IMG/VR virus record: IMGVR_UViG_3300009183_004565
DNA: 64,000 nt
Source of the DNA: a virus
Lineage: Duplodnaviria; Caudoviricetes
Direction: 5' to 3' (one strand)
Shown: in pieces, positions 17,718 through 26,563 of the stretch
How the letters are laid out: every line of letters begins with the position of its first letter
Position numbering within the stretch: position 1 is the stretch's first letter
The notes under the pieces: model-generated
Seen by the model: only the letters and a program-made list of their open reading frames with translations
Told to the model about the DNA's origin: nothing
Databases searched by the model: none
Position numbers and translations under genes: made by a program

Positions 17718-18391
17718 TTTTGTACGTGAATGGTGACAGTCATAGTGCAGGTGCCGAAGCAGTTAATGATTTTGGCTTTGCCGAGGACGACGGTTTGTAT
17801 TACGGACTAGGTAGACAACCTCATCCTGACAACTTGCAGGTCAGTTATGGATGCAATATTGCTAACGAACTATCGGCTATATTGCATTGTGATGCCGAAT
17901 CGGCCAGTTCAAATACGAGAATTATAAGAACCACAAGACAATATCTTACGGAATATACTCCAGATGCCGTTATAATTGGGTGGAGTACCTGGGAAAGAGA
18001 AGAGTGGTTACACGAAGATGTTTATTGGCAGGTCAATGCCGGCGGTGTTGGACATGATTGGCCTGGCCCAATAAAAGAACGATACAAAGAATATGTTGTC
18101 AACTTAGATTGGGACTTGGCAGAACAGCAGGCCCATAAAGCAATATACGAACTACATACTGAATTATCAGATCTCAAAATTCCTCATTTGTTTTTTAATA
18201 CTTACAGTTATTTTAAACAACCAGTCGTTGATTGGCACGAGAATTATTTTTATCCGTACGACCAAAACTTAACTTATTATAAATGGTTAACCGATTACGG
18301 CTTTGAATCAAAACCAAGCTACCATTTTGGAGCTGCTGCTCATAGAAAATGGGCAGAATTTCTTTTACCGCACTTGACACGATTGTTATAA
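17714..18391 (+). CDS. SGNH/GDSL-like protein
   Basis: LYVNGDSHSAG (block I), SSNTRI, C-terminal YHFG. Confidence 0.6.
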   Translation: MILYVNGDSHSAGAEAVNDFGFAEDDGLYYGLGRQPHPDNLQVSYGCNIANELSAILHCDAESASSNTRIIRTTRQYLTEYTPDAVIIGWSTWEREEWLHEDVYWQVNAGGVGHDWPGPIKERYKEYVVNLDWDLAEQQAHKAIYELHTELSDLKIPHLFFNTYSYFKQPVVDWHENYFYPYDQNLTYYKWLTDYGFESKPSYHFGAAAHRKWAEFLLPHLTRLL

Positions 18392-18988
18392 TTATTTCTT
18401 ATATCCTAAATTAGGTTTACCCAACTTAGCTTGGCGTATCTTTTCTTTAGTTTCATCTGATATTGGTCCTTTGATTTTACCTGACCAATGTCCAATTCTG
18501 TTTAATGCCTTACCTGTTTTTGAAATTTTATCTTTTATTTCTTGTGATTTTGGTCCGTGGGATTTGCCTTTGTTTGAAGAGGTACAGCCAGTCATTATTT
18601 GTCGTAAATGCTCTTTTTGTTCTTCTGACATAGGTTTACCTTTGTTATGTGCTGGCTTTGATTTCTTTACACCTTTAAGTAATCCGCTAGTGCCACCGAT
18701 GCCGCCTGCTGCAAGATTCCAACCAATGTGTATTGTCGGTCTTAATTCTTTTTCAAAATCATAACAGGATTCTTCTGTACCAATGTAAATAATATCGTAT
18801 ATTATTTCAGACTCATTATTTTTGATTTCCTCATGCAATCTATAACGTTGTTTTGAACTTTGATGTTCGGTAAATCGTCTTGATGGATCTATAGATACCC
18901 CAATATATCCATCATTCCAAGAATGATTTGATAAATGGATCCAATAAACTGAACAGATAAATTTTTGATGTAAATACATTGCTGACAT
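18392..18988 (-). mobile_element. Free-standing GIY-YIG homing endonuclease with NUMOD3-type tail
   Basis: SVYWI...GYIGVSIDPSRRFTEH, E...N, and basic repeats HNKGKPMSEEQKEHL / SQEIKDKISK / SDETKEKIRQAKLG; antisense to flanking genes. Confidence 0.8.
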
Positions 18989-19005
18989 TGCTCCATAATG
19001 TTAGA

Positions 19006-19047
19006 GTAGTTGGGAACGCCAATTCCGCGAACTACAATCTTATTTAT
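19006..19047 (-). promoter_or_regulatory. ATAAATA box plus hairpin upstream of the GIY-YIG gene
   Basis: On the - strand: ATAAATA (19047-19041), then GTAGTT...AACTAC outer stem with inner GGAA-6nt-TTCC. Confidence 0.45.
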
Positions 19048-19065
19048 CCAAAATTTATTTTTTTG

Positions 19066-19094
19066 TTGACATTATTCAAATTAAATGCTACTAT
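19066..19094 (+). promoter_or_regulatory. Sigma70-like promoter for RNase H
   Basis: TTGACA-17 bp-TACTAT. Confidence 0.65.
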
Positions 19095-19100
19095 TATTAA

Positions 19101-20096
19101 ATGAAAAAAAGATTCTTGGTCGTAGATACCGCAAATACATTCTTCCGAGCCAGACACAGTGCCCATCGTCAAAGCGATACTTGGGATAAACTGGGTTTTG
19201 CTATTCATGTAACACTTGGTAGTGTTAATAAAGCATGGCGCGATCAGAAAGCCGATCATGTTGTATTCTGCTTAGAAGGTCGCAGTTGGCGCAAAGACTT
19301 TTACGAACCGTATAAAAAGAATCGTGCTGTTGCCCGTGCCGCACTTACCGAAGCCGAAGCAGAAGAAGATCGACTGTTCTGGGAAACCTTTGATGAACTT
19401 AAAACATTCTTAAGCGAAAAAACTAACTGTACAGTATTGCGTCACGAAAACTTAGAAGCAGATGATCTTATTGCTGGTTGGATACAAAGTCATCCCGAGG
19501 ATCATCATACTATTGTCAGCAGCGACACTGACTTCTATCAACTACTGGCATCAAATGTAAATCAGTACAATGGTATCAGTGATGAGCTTCATACACTAGC
19601 GGGTATCCTGGACAAAAAGGGTAAACCGGTAATTGATAAAAAGACAAAAGAACCTAAAAAAATTCCAGATCCTTCGTGGATCTTGTTTGAGAAATGTATG
19701 CGTGGTGATCCCACTGACAATGTGTTCTCGGCATATCCTGGTGTTAGGACCAAAGGCTCCAAGAACAAGGTTGGGCTCCAAGAGGCCTATGAGGATAGAG
19801 ATAAAAAAGGATTCAACTGGAACAATCTGATGTTACAGCGGTGGACTGATCATAATGGCGAAGAACATCGTGTACTAGATGATTATCAACGCAATGTACA
19901 GCTAGTAGATCTTACTGCACAGCCCGACGAAGTCAAAGCCAAAATTGCAGCAACTATTGCCGAAGGCGCAGTAAAGCGAAGTCGTCCCATGGTAGGCGCA
20001 CAGTTCTTGAAGTTCTGTGGCAAGTATGAGTTGAATAAATTAAGCGAACACAGTCAACACTATGCAGAAATGCTAGGTACGGAGTATCCTGGATGA
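19101..20096 (+). CDS. rnh: T4-type RNase H / 5'-3' (flap) exonuclease
   Basis: VVDTAN, YKKNR, LEADDLIA, IVSSDTDFYQL, RGDPTDNV..YPGV. Confidence 0.88.
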   Translation: MKKRFLVVDTANTFFRARHSAHRQSDTWDKLGFAIHVTLGSVNKAWRDQKADHVVFCLEGRSWRKDFYEPYKKNRAVARAALTEAEAEEDRLFWETFDELKTFLSEKTNCTVLRHENLEADDLIAGWIQSHPEDHHTIVSSDTDFYQLLASNVNQYNGISDELHTLAGILDKKGKPVIDKKTKEPKKIPDPSWILFEKCMRGDPTDNVFSAYPGVRTKGSKNKVGLQEAYEDRDKKGFNWNNLMLQRWTDHNGEEHRVLDDYQRNVQLVDLTAQPDEVKAKIAATIAEGAVKRSRPMVGAQFLKFCGKYELNKLSEHSQHYAEMLGTEYPG

Positions 20097-20467
20097 CCAC
20101 GTGGTTGGTATTGACTTTATTGTTAGTTAAACACTGTCTGGCTGATTTTTGCTGGCAAACCAATCGTATGCTAAAAGACAAAGGACACTTTGGTAGACTT
20201 GGTGGCTTTCAACATGCTGGACTTCACGGTGCATTGACCTATGTTATCCTAATGCATTTTTTAAATCTGCAGGCCTGCGTTATGTTGGCTGCATTTGATA
20301 TGATTATACACTATGTCATTGATTGGGCTAATAGACGTATATCTGTTAGGTTAACTACAGAAGATAATGCGTATTGGGTATGGTTTGGCATTGACCAATT
20401 ACTACACTATTTGACTTATCTATTGATTGGGTTTACAGTTTCAATTTTATTAACAGAATATATATGA
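20093..20467 (+). CDS. DUF3307-like membrane protein
   Basis: KHCLADFCWQT, HAGLHG, HYVIDWA, GIDQLLH. Confidence 0.7.
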   Translation: MTTWLVLTLLLVKHCLADFCWQTNRMLKDKGHFGRLGGFQHAGLHGALTYVILMHFLNLQACVMLAAFDMIIHYVIDWANRRISVRLTTEDNAYWVWFGIDQLLHYLTYLLIGFTVSILLTEYI

Positions 20468-20820
20468 TTAAATCAATTGGTGGTGGAGAGTATGTAATGG
20501 TACAAGGTGGTGTAACCATACCAAATAGTCTCCTTCACAGCAACGTACAGAACGAATTAAGAGTCACAGGCAATTTACGATATAATGCCAATGTTAGTCA
20601 ACTTGAAGTATATGATGGCCACGATTGGCGCATGTTCAATACCTCGCATGCCGCTGTGGATCTAACTGCTCAAGCTAAAGAAATTCTTGGCTGGGCAGAA
20701 CATAAAATGCACGAAGAAAAGAAACTACGGGCGATGATGGAGCGGCATCCAGGACTAAAAGACTTGCACGACAAGTTAGAAATGATGAAGATACTTTGTT
20801 ACAAAGAGGATAAAAAATAA
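20464..20820 (+). CDS. Hypothetical protein
   Basis: ORF coupled to neighbours by overlapping start/stop. Confidence 0.55.
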   Translation: MIKSIGGGEYVMVQGGVTIPNSLLHSNVQNELRVTGNLRYNANVSQLEVYDGHDWRMFNTSHAAVDLTAQAKEILGWAEHKMHEEKKLRAMMERHPGLKDLHDKLEMMKILCYKEDKK

Positions 20821-21176
20821 TGAAATGGTTTAGACGAATTGTTTGGCGAATGACCAAACGTGCCTGGGAAGACAATGACGAGTTCGAACATGAACAACAG
20901 CACAAAATATCAAGTAATTCACATTCAGTTTCTGTGCGGCGTAGTCGTGGCAATCTGTCAAGAATGTTTGATGAAGCTGATTCGGAACCTGCTCGACTAC
21001 GTGCATCAAGTATGAACTTTAGACTGTATGCCTGTGTTGGTGGACACATACTTGAAACTTCTATCTATAATGAAAAAGACGATGAAACTGATCATACCTT
21101 GTATATGATCAAAGACGATGAGGATTTTGCCAAACAAGTATCACAATCTATTATGTTGGAGATGATGAAACGATGA
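20820..21176 (+). CDS. Hypothetical protein (paralogue of the next gene)
   Basis: FRLYACVGGHILE...LYMIKDDEDF. Confidence 0.55.
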   Translation: MKWFRRIVWRMTKRAWEDNDEFEHEQQHKISSNSHSVSVRRSRGNLSRMFDEADSEPARLRASSMNFRLYACVGGHILETSIYNEKDDETDHTLYMIKDDEDFAKQVSQSIMLEMMKR

Positions 21177-21439
21177 GTAATTATAATATGTCTGCAACAG
21201 CAGTTGGTCCGTTGACTATGGGACAGATATCACCAATTGACATCGGAGGTTACTCTGACAAATCTAAATTACCTAATAAAAAAATATCCTTTGATGTACA
21301 TACTGCACACGGTGGTTATGTTATTAAAGTGTCAAAGGGATACGGTGCAGAAGATGATATGTATGTTGTCTCAGATGATCAAGACCTAGGCCAAGAACTT
21401 GGTAAAATTGTTACACATCACACACTGGCAAAAGAATGA
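21173..21439 (+). CDS. Hypothetical protein (paralogue of the previous gene)
   Basis: FDVHTAHGGYVIK...MYVVSDDQDL. Confidence 0.55.
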   Translation: MSNYNMSATAVGPLTMGQISPIDIGGYSDKSKLPNKKISFDVHTAHGGYVIKVSKGYGAEDDMYVVSDDQDLGQELGKIVTHHTLAKE

Positions 21440-21912
21440 TAAACGAACGAATTGCAAAACCTGTTGTTAAAGATAAATTCTGGGTAGTCGAAGATCAAGG
21501 ACAAAAGATTGCTACCATCCAAGCACGTAACGATGGGGGTTTTGTTTACGTACACGACGATTTAAGAGAATACTTTCCATCAGTGAAAATTCTAAAACAA
21601 AAGTATCAGATTAAATTTTCCACTGTTGATAAAAATAAAACAAAAACTAATAATACAGTGTATGATTATCCAGTAACTGGGCGAGTGTACAATCAAGTAT
21701 TCGATATCCTAAGACGATTACCTATCTATACTAAAACACCCAAGAGTAAAAGTTTTTTCTGTGCAGGATATTACCTAATAGAATTAAACAATGCATGGAC
21801 CGTACAATACTGTCCAAAAAATATTACCTTGTGTAGATACGACTTTGTTGGACCATACAAAAGTGAAGAAGAAGTTAACCAAGTGTTAAAGGAAAAAAAT
21901 GCAAAATATTAG
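21436..21912 (+). CDS. Hypothetical protein
   Basis: 158 aa ORF in operon context. Confidence 0.55.
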   Translation: MINERIAKPVVKDKFWVVEDQGQKIATIQARNDGGFVYVHDDLREYFPSVKILKQKYQIKFSTVDKNKTKTNNTVYDYPVTGRVYNQVFDILRRLPIYTKTPKSKSFFCAGYYLIELNNAWTVQYCPKNITLCRYDFVGPYKSEEEVNQVLKEKNAKY

Positions 21913-22114
21913 TCTAGCAATTCAAAACTTCAACAATCGTGTCAAGCAAATGAATCAAAGTGGTAGTAAACAACTTGTACTTAACATTGATGAAGCTCGT
22001 AATTTGCACTCGGATATATATGCTTTACTGGCCAATTTGGCAGAAGCAGTATCTACTCCTAGAAATACAGAAGAACCAGTCACACCCGGACTCGATGGCG
22101 GGGGCTTTAAGTAA
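21899..22114 (+). CDS. Hypothetical protein
   Basis: 71 aa ORF in operon context. Confidence 0.5.
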   Translation: MQNISLAIQNFNNRVKQMNQSGSKQLVLNIDEARNLHSDIYALLANLAEAVSTPRNTEEPVTPGLDGGGFK

Positions 22115-22161
22115 TCTACGCCGTTTAAAGTCATAAATACACAGTTCAAGGAAAGTCTACG

Positions 22162-22449
22162 ATGTCCAGACCTAAACCAACAGTGTTGTTAGAACACGTT
22201 AATAAAACTAACTTCAAGAGCGATCAGGTATTAAGCAGCGAAGGAATCTGGGCGGTTTTCTACGACAATAAACCCATTAATCTTAAAACTCATAATATTC
22301 TATTGCACTATCCTGGTCCAAAATACAAAAAGGTCTCTTTTAGTAATAGCGGACATGCTATCAATCTTTGCAAAAAACTTAACACATTGTTCAAGACCGA
22401 TAAATTCACCGTGGTCTTAATGAAACAAGGTGACCAAATCTACCCTTAA
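22162..22449 (+). CDS. Hypothetical protein
   Basis: Preceded by ATAAATA (22133-22139) and AAGGA. Confidence 0.55.
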   Translation: MSRPKPTVLLEHVNKTNFKSDQVLSSEGIWAVFYDNKPINLKTHNILLHYPGPKYKKVSFSNSGHAINLCKKLNTLFKTDKFTVVLMKQGDQIYP

Positions 22450-22795
22450 TCAATCGCATTATACTCGTGTCTTTTTAGAAGCTGCGGGTATAGGAATGGA
22501 CAACTTTGAGTATTATCGTCGGGATTGGTGGTTTAATCATACTGTTCCCGCCAATCTCAGACTAAGCAAATCCGGCATCGTGTTTGTTGAAAAGTATGCC
22601 AAAATTACAACGTATCAAATTGAACTTGCCAACCCATTACTAAGCAGAACATTCGTACAATTGTCACGCCTGTTTACTTGTCCTTACTATATTAAAAAAA
22701 ATAATAAAATTGTATTACTTGGAGAAGAAGAAACTGTGTTGCTAAGTTTGCATGCCAACAATCTACAGCAATATTTGGATAACTTGCAACTTTAG
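22430..22795 (+). CDS. Hypothetical protein
   Basis: 121 aa ORF overlapping the previous gene. Confidence 0.5.
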   Translation: MTKSTLNQSHYTRVFLEAAGIGMDNFEYYRRDWWFNHTVPANLRLSKSGIVFVEKYAKITTYQIELANPLLSRTFVQLSRLFTCPYYIKKNNKIVLLGEEETVLLSLHANNLQQYLDNLQL

Positions 22796-22801
22796 CAACG
22801 G

Positions 22802-22830
22802 TTGACAGTAATTTTCTTTTTTTATATACT
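22802..22830 (+). promoter_or_regulatory. Sigma70-like early promoter
   Basis: TTGACA-17 bp-TATACT; AAGGAG RBS before 22866. Confidence 0.7.
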
Positions 22831-22865
22831 ACACTTCTTTAAATAACTTCATTAAAGGAGTAGCA

Positions 22866-24038
22866 ATGTCTGCGGATAATGTAAATCAATTGCGTACAGT
22901 GGTTCGAGGAGCAAATCCTTTTGCTCCTATTGCAAAAATTAAAAATCAACAGTTGTCAAATAAAAAAGGCAAATACGAAGCATTGCCACAACGAGCACAA
23001 CCGTTAATTGCTTCTTCTAAAATTCAAGAAGCAATTAATATTCTGAAACAACGACTAAACGGTGAAGTATATATTCAAGAACATTTTGGACGTCTGATGG
23101 AAGTTGATGAAAGTTTAATTGACATCAATATTGATATACAAAGGTTTTTGGAAGAACTTCATATTGCTGATAATATTATTACTTTATTTGATCCGCGTAT
23201 TATGCAACCTCTTAATGTTATCTTTATTAAAGAGACTGGACGTTACAGTTCATGGGAGGGGCAACAAAGTGGTACAGCGTTTTATCTCATGAAACATTTT
23301 GGATTAATTGCACCTGGTACTAAGATTCAATGTAAGGTAGTTGACGACGATCTTGTTGTGCCAGGAAGCACTGATGTTGGAGAAGCTGTTGGTAATTATG
23401 GATTTAGACGGCTTGGCGGCAGTGGTCGTAAATCTATTGATGCTTTCTTTGTCCATCGTAGTCGTGTTAACGGCAAAAGACTTTACGGATCAAATTTGAC
23501 CGAAGATGTACAGAGCCACGAGTTACAAGAGATACTAGAGAAAAATAATATGTTTCCTGCTCCTGCAGTAGAAGCAAAAGGTCAGCAGGCACAGCCAGGA
23601 ATGGTTACTTATATTACTGGTGTAAACAATATCGGACATCACGGTGCAGAAACAGAAGAAATCTTTGAAATGGGTAAGGAAGATTTACAATGGGCACTAA
23701 ACTGGCATAATACTTATTTTGCTAACGAAAAAGGTGTTGATGGTGGTTTTATTCTTGCATTTGGTCGTTTAAGTGCAGAAGCTCGTGATGAGAATGTTGA
23801 ACTTACTCCCGAACTTGAACTTGATTTATATAATCATATTCGTGCTACTTACGGAAGCCCAAAAGGATTTCATGCAGACTGCAAAACTAGACTCAAGAAA
23901 TTTCAAATTGCAAATAATCTTAAAGATTCCTGGTCTGATTCCTGTCTTACTCCTATTTTAATTATTGATTATCTAAATGCGGGCGGACAATGTGCTGTTC
24001 CTCAAGTGAAAGGCATGACAACATATGGTGGAATCTAA
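22866..24038 (+). CDS. Hypothetical protein with possible ParB/Srx-like N-terminal domain
   Basis: DIQRFL...FDPRIMQPL...YSSWEGQQ resembles the ParB-like QR...DGQH pattern (weak). Confidence 0.4.
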   Translation: MSADNVNQLRTVVRGANPFAPIAKIKNQQLSNKKGKYEALPQRAQPLIASSKIQEAINILKQRLNGEVYIQEHFGRLMEVDESLIDINIDIQRFLEELHIADNIITLFDPRIMQPLNVIFIKETGRYSSWEGQQSGTAFYLMKHFGLIAPGTKIQCKVVDDDLVVPGSTDVGEAVGNYGFRRLGGSGRKSIDAFFVHRSRVNGKRLYGSNLTEDVQSHELQEILEKNNMFPAPAVEAKGQQAQPGMVTYITGVNNIGHHGAETEEIFEMGKEDLQWALNWHNTYFANEKGVDGGFILAFGRLSAEARDENVELTPELELDLYNHIRATYGSPKGFHADCKTRLKKFQIANNLKDSWSDSCLTPILIIDYLNAGGQCAVPQVKGMTTYGGI

Positions 24039-24396
24039 TTTAGATTATTACTTTTACCTTTGGCGTAATCGGATTGTGCTAGATGATGATCTTATAGTCA
24101 CTCGAACCTGTTTCGGAATTACTGGCAATCCGTTTGGCCCAAACGGTCGTCTCAACGGATACGAAGGACACAACGGAAAATTAATTCAGTTTGCAGATAT
24201 GTGGATTGGTCCAAAACGTCCTATTAAAGATCTTGAAGACCATATAAAGGCAGAATTCTATGATTATGCAGTCACGGGCCATTTAGGATTTAGATACGAA
24301 TGGATAAACGAAGAAGTCGAGTACGATCAAATTAAATCTTGGGTAGAGTGGGAAGTTAGTGGACATCCAAGCATTAGCAAATATGTAATAGTGTAA
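24025..24396 (+). CDS. Hypothetical protein, possibly GIY-YIG/T5orf172-like
   Basis: YFYLW...FGITGN...RLNGY pattern (weak). Confidence 0.35.
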   Translation: MVESNLDYYFYLWRNRIVLDDDLIVTRTCFGITGNPFGPNGRLNGYEGHNGKLIQFADMWIGPKRPIKDLEDHIKAEFYDYAVTGHLGFRYEWINEEVEYDQIKSWVEWEVSGHPSISKYVIV

Positions 24397-24408
24397 AATT
24401 AACAACCG

Positions 24409-24437
24409 TTGACCAAAAATGCCCGTTTTGCTATAAT
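24409..24437 (+). promoter_or_regulatory. Sigma70-like early promoter, copy 1
   Basis: TTGACC-17 bp-TATAAT. Confidence 0.7.
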
Positions 24438-24494
24438 AATAGAGTAGTAAAGCGGGCATTGCTTTTGTAGCAACTAGTTGTTAAAAAGTAACCG

Positions 24495-24523
24495 TTGCAC
24501 ATAATTCCCCGTTTTGCTATAAT
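24495..24523 (+). promoter_or_regulatory. Sigma70-like early promoter, copy 2
   Basis: TTGCAC-17 bp-TATAAT; shares AACCGTTG and CCCGTTTTGCTATAAT with copy 1. Confidence 0.7.
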
Positions 24524-24553
24524 GTTTGTACGTTAACTAATAAGGAGTCGTAA

Positions 24554-24934
24554 ATGTCTAAACTTTTTACTTTTGCCGGCACTTGTACAGAAAAAGGCGC
24601 TACTGTTTACAAATTTGCTAACGACGCTAAACGTGCCAAAGCATTAGAGCGTTTTGGTTGCACAGATGTTAACATGATTGAGCTGCCGTTTGCAATGGGT
24701 AAAGAAGCGGCTGTTGATTATCTTGGTACACAAGGCATTACAGCAGGCAAAATGCCCCGTGTTGCTAAAACTGCAACTGTTGCTAAAGTAGCAAAGGTTG
24801 CTAAAACTGCAACTGTTGTTAAAACGGCAAAGCGTGTTGGCGACAAGCCGCGCAAAAATCAAAGCCCAGAGGATTTTGCTATTGCATGGTTTGCAGACAA
24901 AGAAGCTCGCGTTAATGCAAAATTTGGATTCTAA
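24554..24934 (+). CDS. Early protein with Lys/Ala/Thr/Val-rich repeat linker
   Basis: AAGGAG RBS; RVAKTATVAKVAKVAKTATVVKTAKRV; 22-bp direct repeat at 24761-24782 and 24797-24818. Confidence 0.65.
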   Translation: MSKLFTFAGTCTEKGATVYKFANDAKRAKALERFGCTDVNMIELPFAMGKEAAVDYLGTQGITAGKMPRVAKTATVAKVAKVAKTATVVKTAKRVGDKPRKNQSPEDFAIAWFADKEARVNAKFGF

Positions 24935-24944
24935 TAGTTTGATA

Positions 24945-24971
24945 GTCTGTGGTGTAACAGCCACAGACTTT
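24945..24971 (+). terminator. Putative intrinsic terminator
   Basis: GTCTGTGG-8nt-CCACAGAC followed by TTT. Confidence 0.55.
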
Positions 24972-25023
24972 AATTCACTGTTTAACTATAATATGTTTTC
25001 ACATGTTGACAAGGAGAACTTAA

Positions 25024-26130
25024 ATGGCAGTAACTGAAAGTCGTACTGTAACACCCGAAGAAGCACGTAGTCGTATGTTGCGCTGCTTCAAGCATAAGCG
25101 TCCTGTGTTCCTCTGGGGGCCGCCAGGCGTAGGCAAATCCGAAGTAGTAGCAGACATTGCTACAGAGCTCGGTGGCTACATGATTGACTTGCGACTATCG
25201 CAAATGGAGCCAACTGACATTCGCGGCATCCCGTTCTTTAACAAGAACAACGAGAAGATGGATTGGGCACCACCCATTGACTTGCCCGACGACGAGCTCG
25301 CTGCACAGTATCCTATTGTTGTGTTGTTGCTTGACGAGATGAACTCAGCGGCACCTGCAGTGCAGGCAGCGGCCTATCAGTTGATTCTGAATCGACGCAT
25401 TGGCAAATACAAGTTGCCGGACAATGTTGTTATGGTAGCTGCAGGCAATCGTGACAGCGACAAAGGTGTTACGTTCCGTATGCCTAGTCCGTTGGCAAAT
25501 CGTTTCTTGCACTTAGAAGTACGTCCAGACTTTCAATCATGGCAGAACTGGGCTGTTAAAAACAAGATCCACTCGGATGTTGTTGGTTACTTGAGTTTTG
25601 CCAAAGCCGACATGTTTGACTTTGATCCACGTAGTAACAGTCGTTCATTCGCTACACCACGTACTTGGACCTTTGCTAGCGAGTTCTGTCATGACAAGGA
25701 TATGTCTGACGCAGAATTGACTGACTTGATTGCAGGTTGTGTTGGCGAAGGTACTGCTGTTAAGTTTATGGCGCATCGCAAACATGCTGCTAACTTGCCC
25801 AAGCCCGAAGACATTCTGGCAGGCAAGGTCAAAGAGTTAAAGACCAAAGAAGTTTCGGCAATGTATTCTTTGACTACGAGTATGTGTTATGAGTTGCAAG
25901 ACTACTACACCAAGAACGGCAAAGACAAGTTGGCTGAGTTCCACAAAATGGCAGACAACTTCCTGCGATTTATGATGGATAACTTTACAACTGAAGTTAC
26001 TGTTATGGGTGCTCGTGTTGCATTGACTACATACAATCTGCCAATGGTTCCTGGCAAGATGCCTAGCTTTGACGAGTTCCATCAGCGTTTTGGCAAGTAT
26101 GTTTTAGCAGCAGCAGGCAGTTCTAAATAA
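25024..26130 (+). CDS. MoxR-like AAA+ ATPase
   Basis: Walker A GPPGVGKS, Walker B LLLDEMN, AAGNR, PLANRF. Confidence 0.88.
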   Translation: MAVTESRTVTPEEARSRMLRCFKHKRPVFLWGPPGVGKSEVVADIATELGGYMIDLRLSQMEPTDIRGIPFFNKNNEKMDWAPPIDLPDDELAAQYPIVVLLLDEMNSAAPAVQAAAYQLILNRRIGKYKLPDNVVMVAAGNRDSDKGVTFRMPSPLANRFLHLEVRPDFQSWQNWAVKNKIHSDVVGYLSFAKADMFDFDPRSNSRSFATPRTWTFASEFCHDKDMSDAELTDLIAGCVGEGTAVKFMAHRKHAANLPKPEDILAGKVKELKTKEVSAMYSLTTSMCYELQDYYTKNGKDKLAEFHKMADNFLRFMMDNFTTEVTVMGARVALTTYNLPMVPGKMPSFDEFHQRFGKYVLAAAGSSK

Positions 26131-26184
26131 TCTGAGTCGCGTGTGAGGCAGGGGCAGGACCTGGTCCGTAAGACCCTTTTTATT

Positions 26185-26514
26185 ATGCAATTTATTCTTG
26201 AAAAATTAGACGGGAGGCATACCGGACACGAACTGTGGAAGTATCGTGTGTATATGCTACAGTATGTGTTATACCAGCACAGCAACGATAGATTCAAAGG
26301 TTTTCACGATTTGAGAGTTTGGATGACCGAGCAATATGGTCCGAGTTGTGAACGAAATTACTATATAAACACAGCCGAAGCACATAAAGCCTACAAAGGG
26401 CACGAACTGTTTAATCCGCCTTGGTGTTGGCACATAGATGTCAGCCAAGGAGACTTGTACATCTACATTAAAGATGATGCAACATTGAGTAATATCCAAT
26501 TAAAATGGCTTTGA
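26185..26514 (+). CDS. Hypothetical protein
   Basis: ORF between MoxR and VWA genes; ATG 26185 preferred. Confidence 0.5.
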   Translation: MQFILEKLDGRHTGHELWKYRVYMLQYVLYQHSNDRFKGFHDLRVWMTEQYGPSCERNYYINTAEAHKAYKGHELFNPPWCWHIDVSQGDLYIYIKDDATLSNIQLKWL

Positions 26515-26539
26515 CAGTAAATCCATTTTGTTATATAAT
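26511..26539 (+). promoter_or_regulatory. Sigma70-like early promoter
   Basis: TTGACA-17 bp-TATAAT; AAGGAGG RBS before 26564. Confidence 0.75.
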
Positions 26540-26563
26540 ATGTTTACACGTTAAGGAGGCGAC

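Noticed and set aside
26148-26182. GGACCTGGTCC palindrome followed by a T-run after MoxR as a terminator
   Set aside because: A one-base loop cannot fold and alternative stems are weak, so it is not supported
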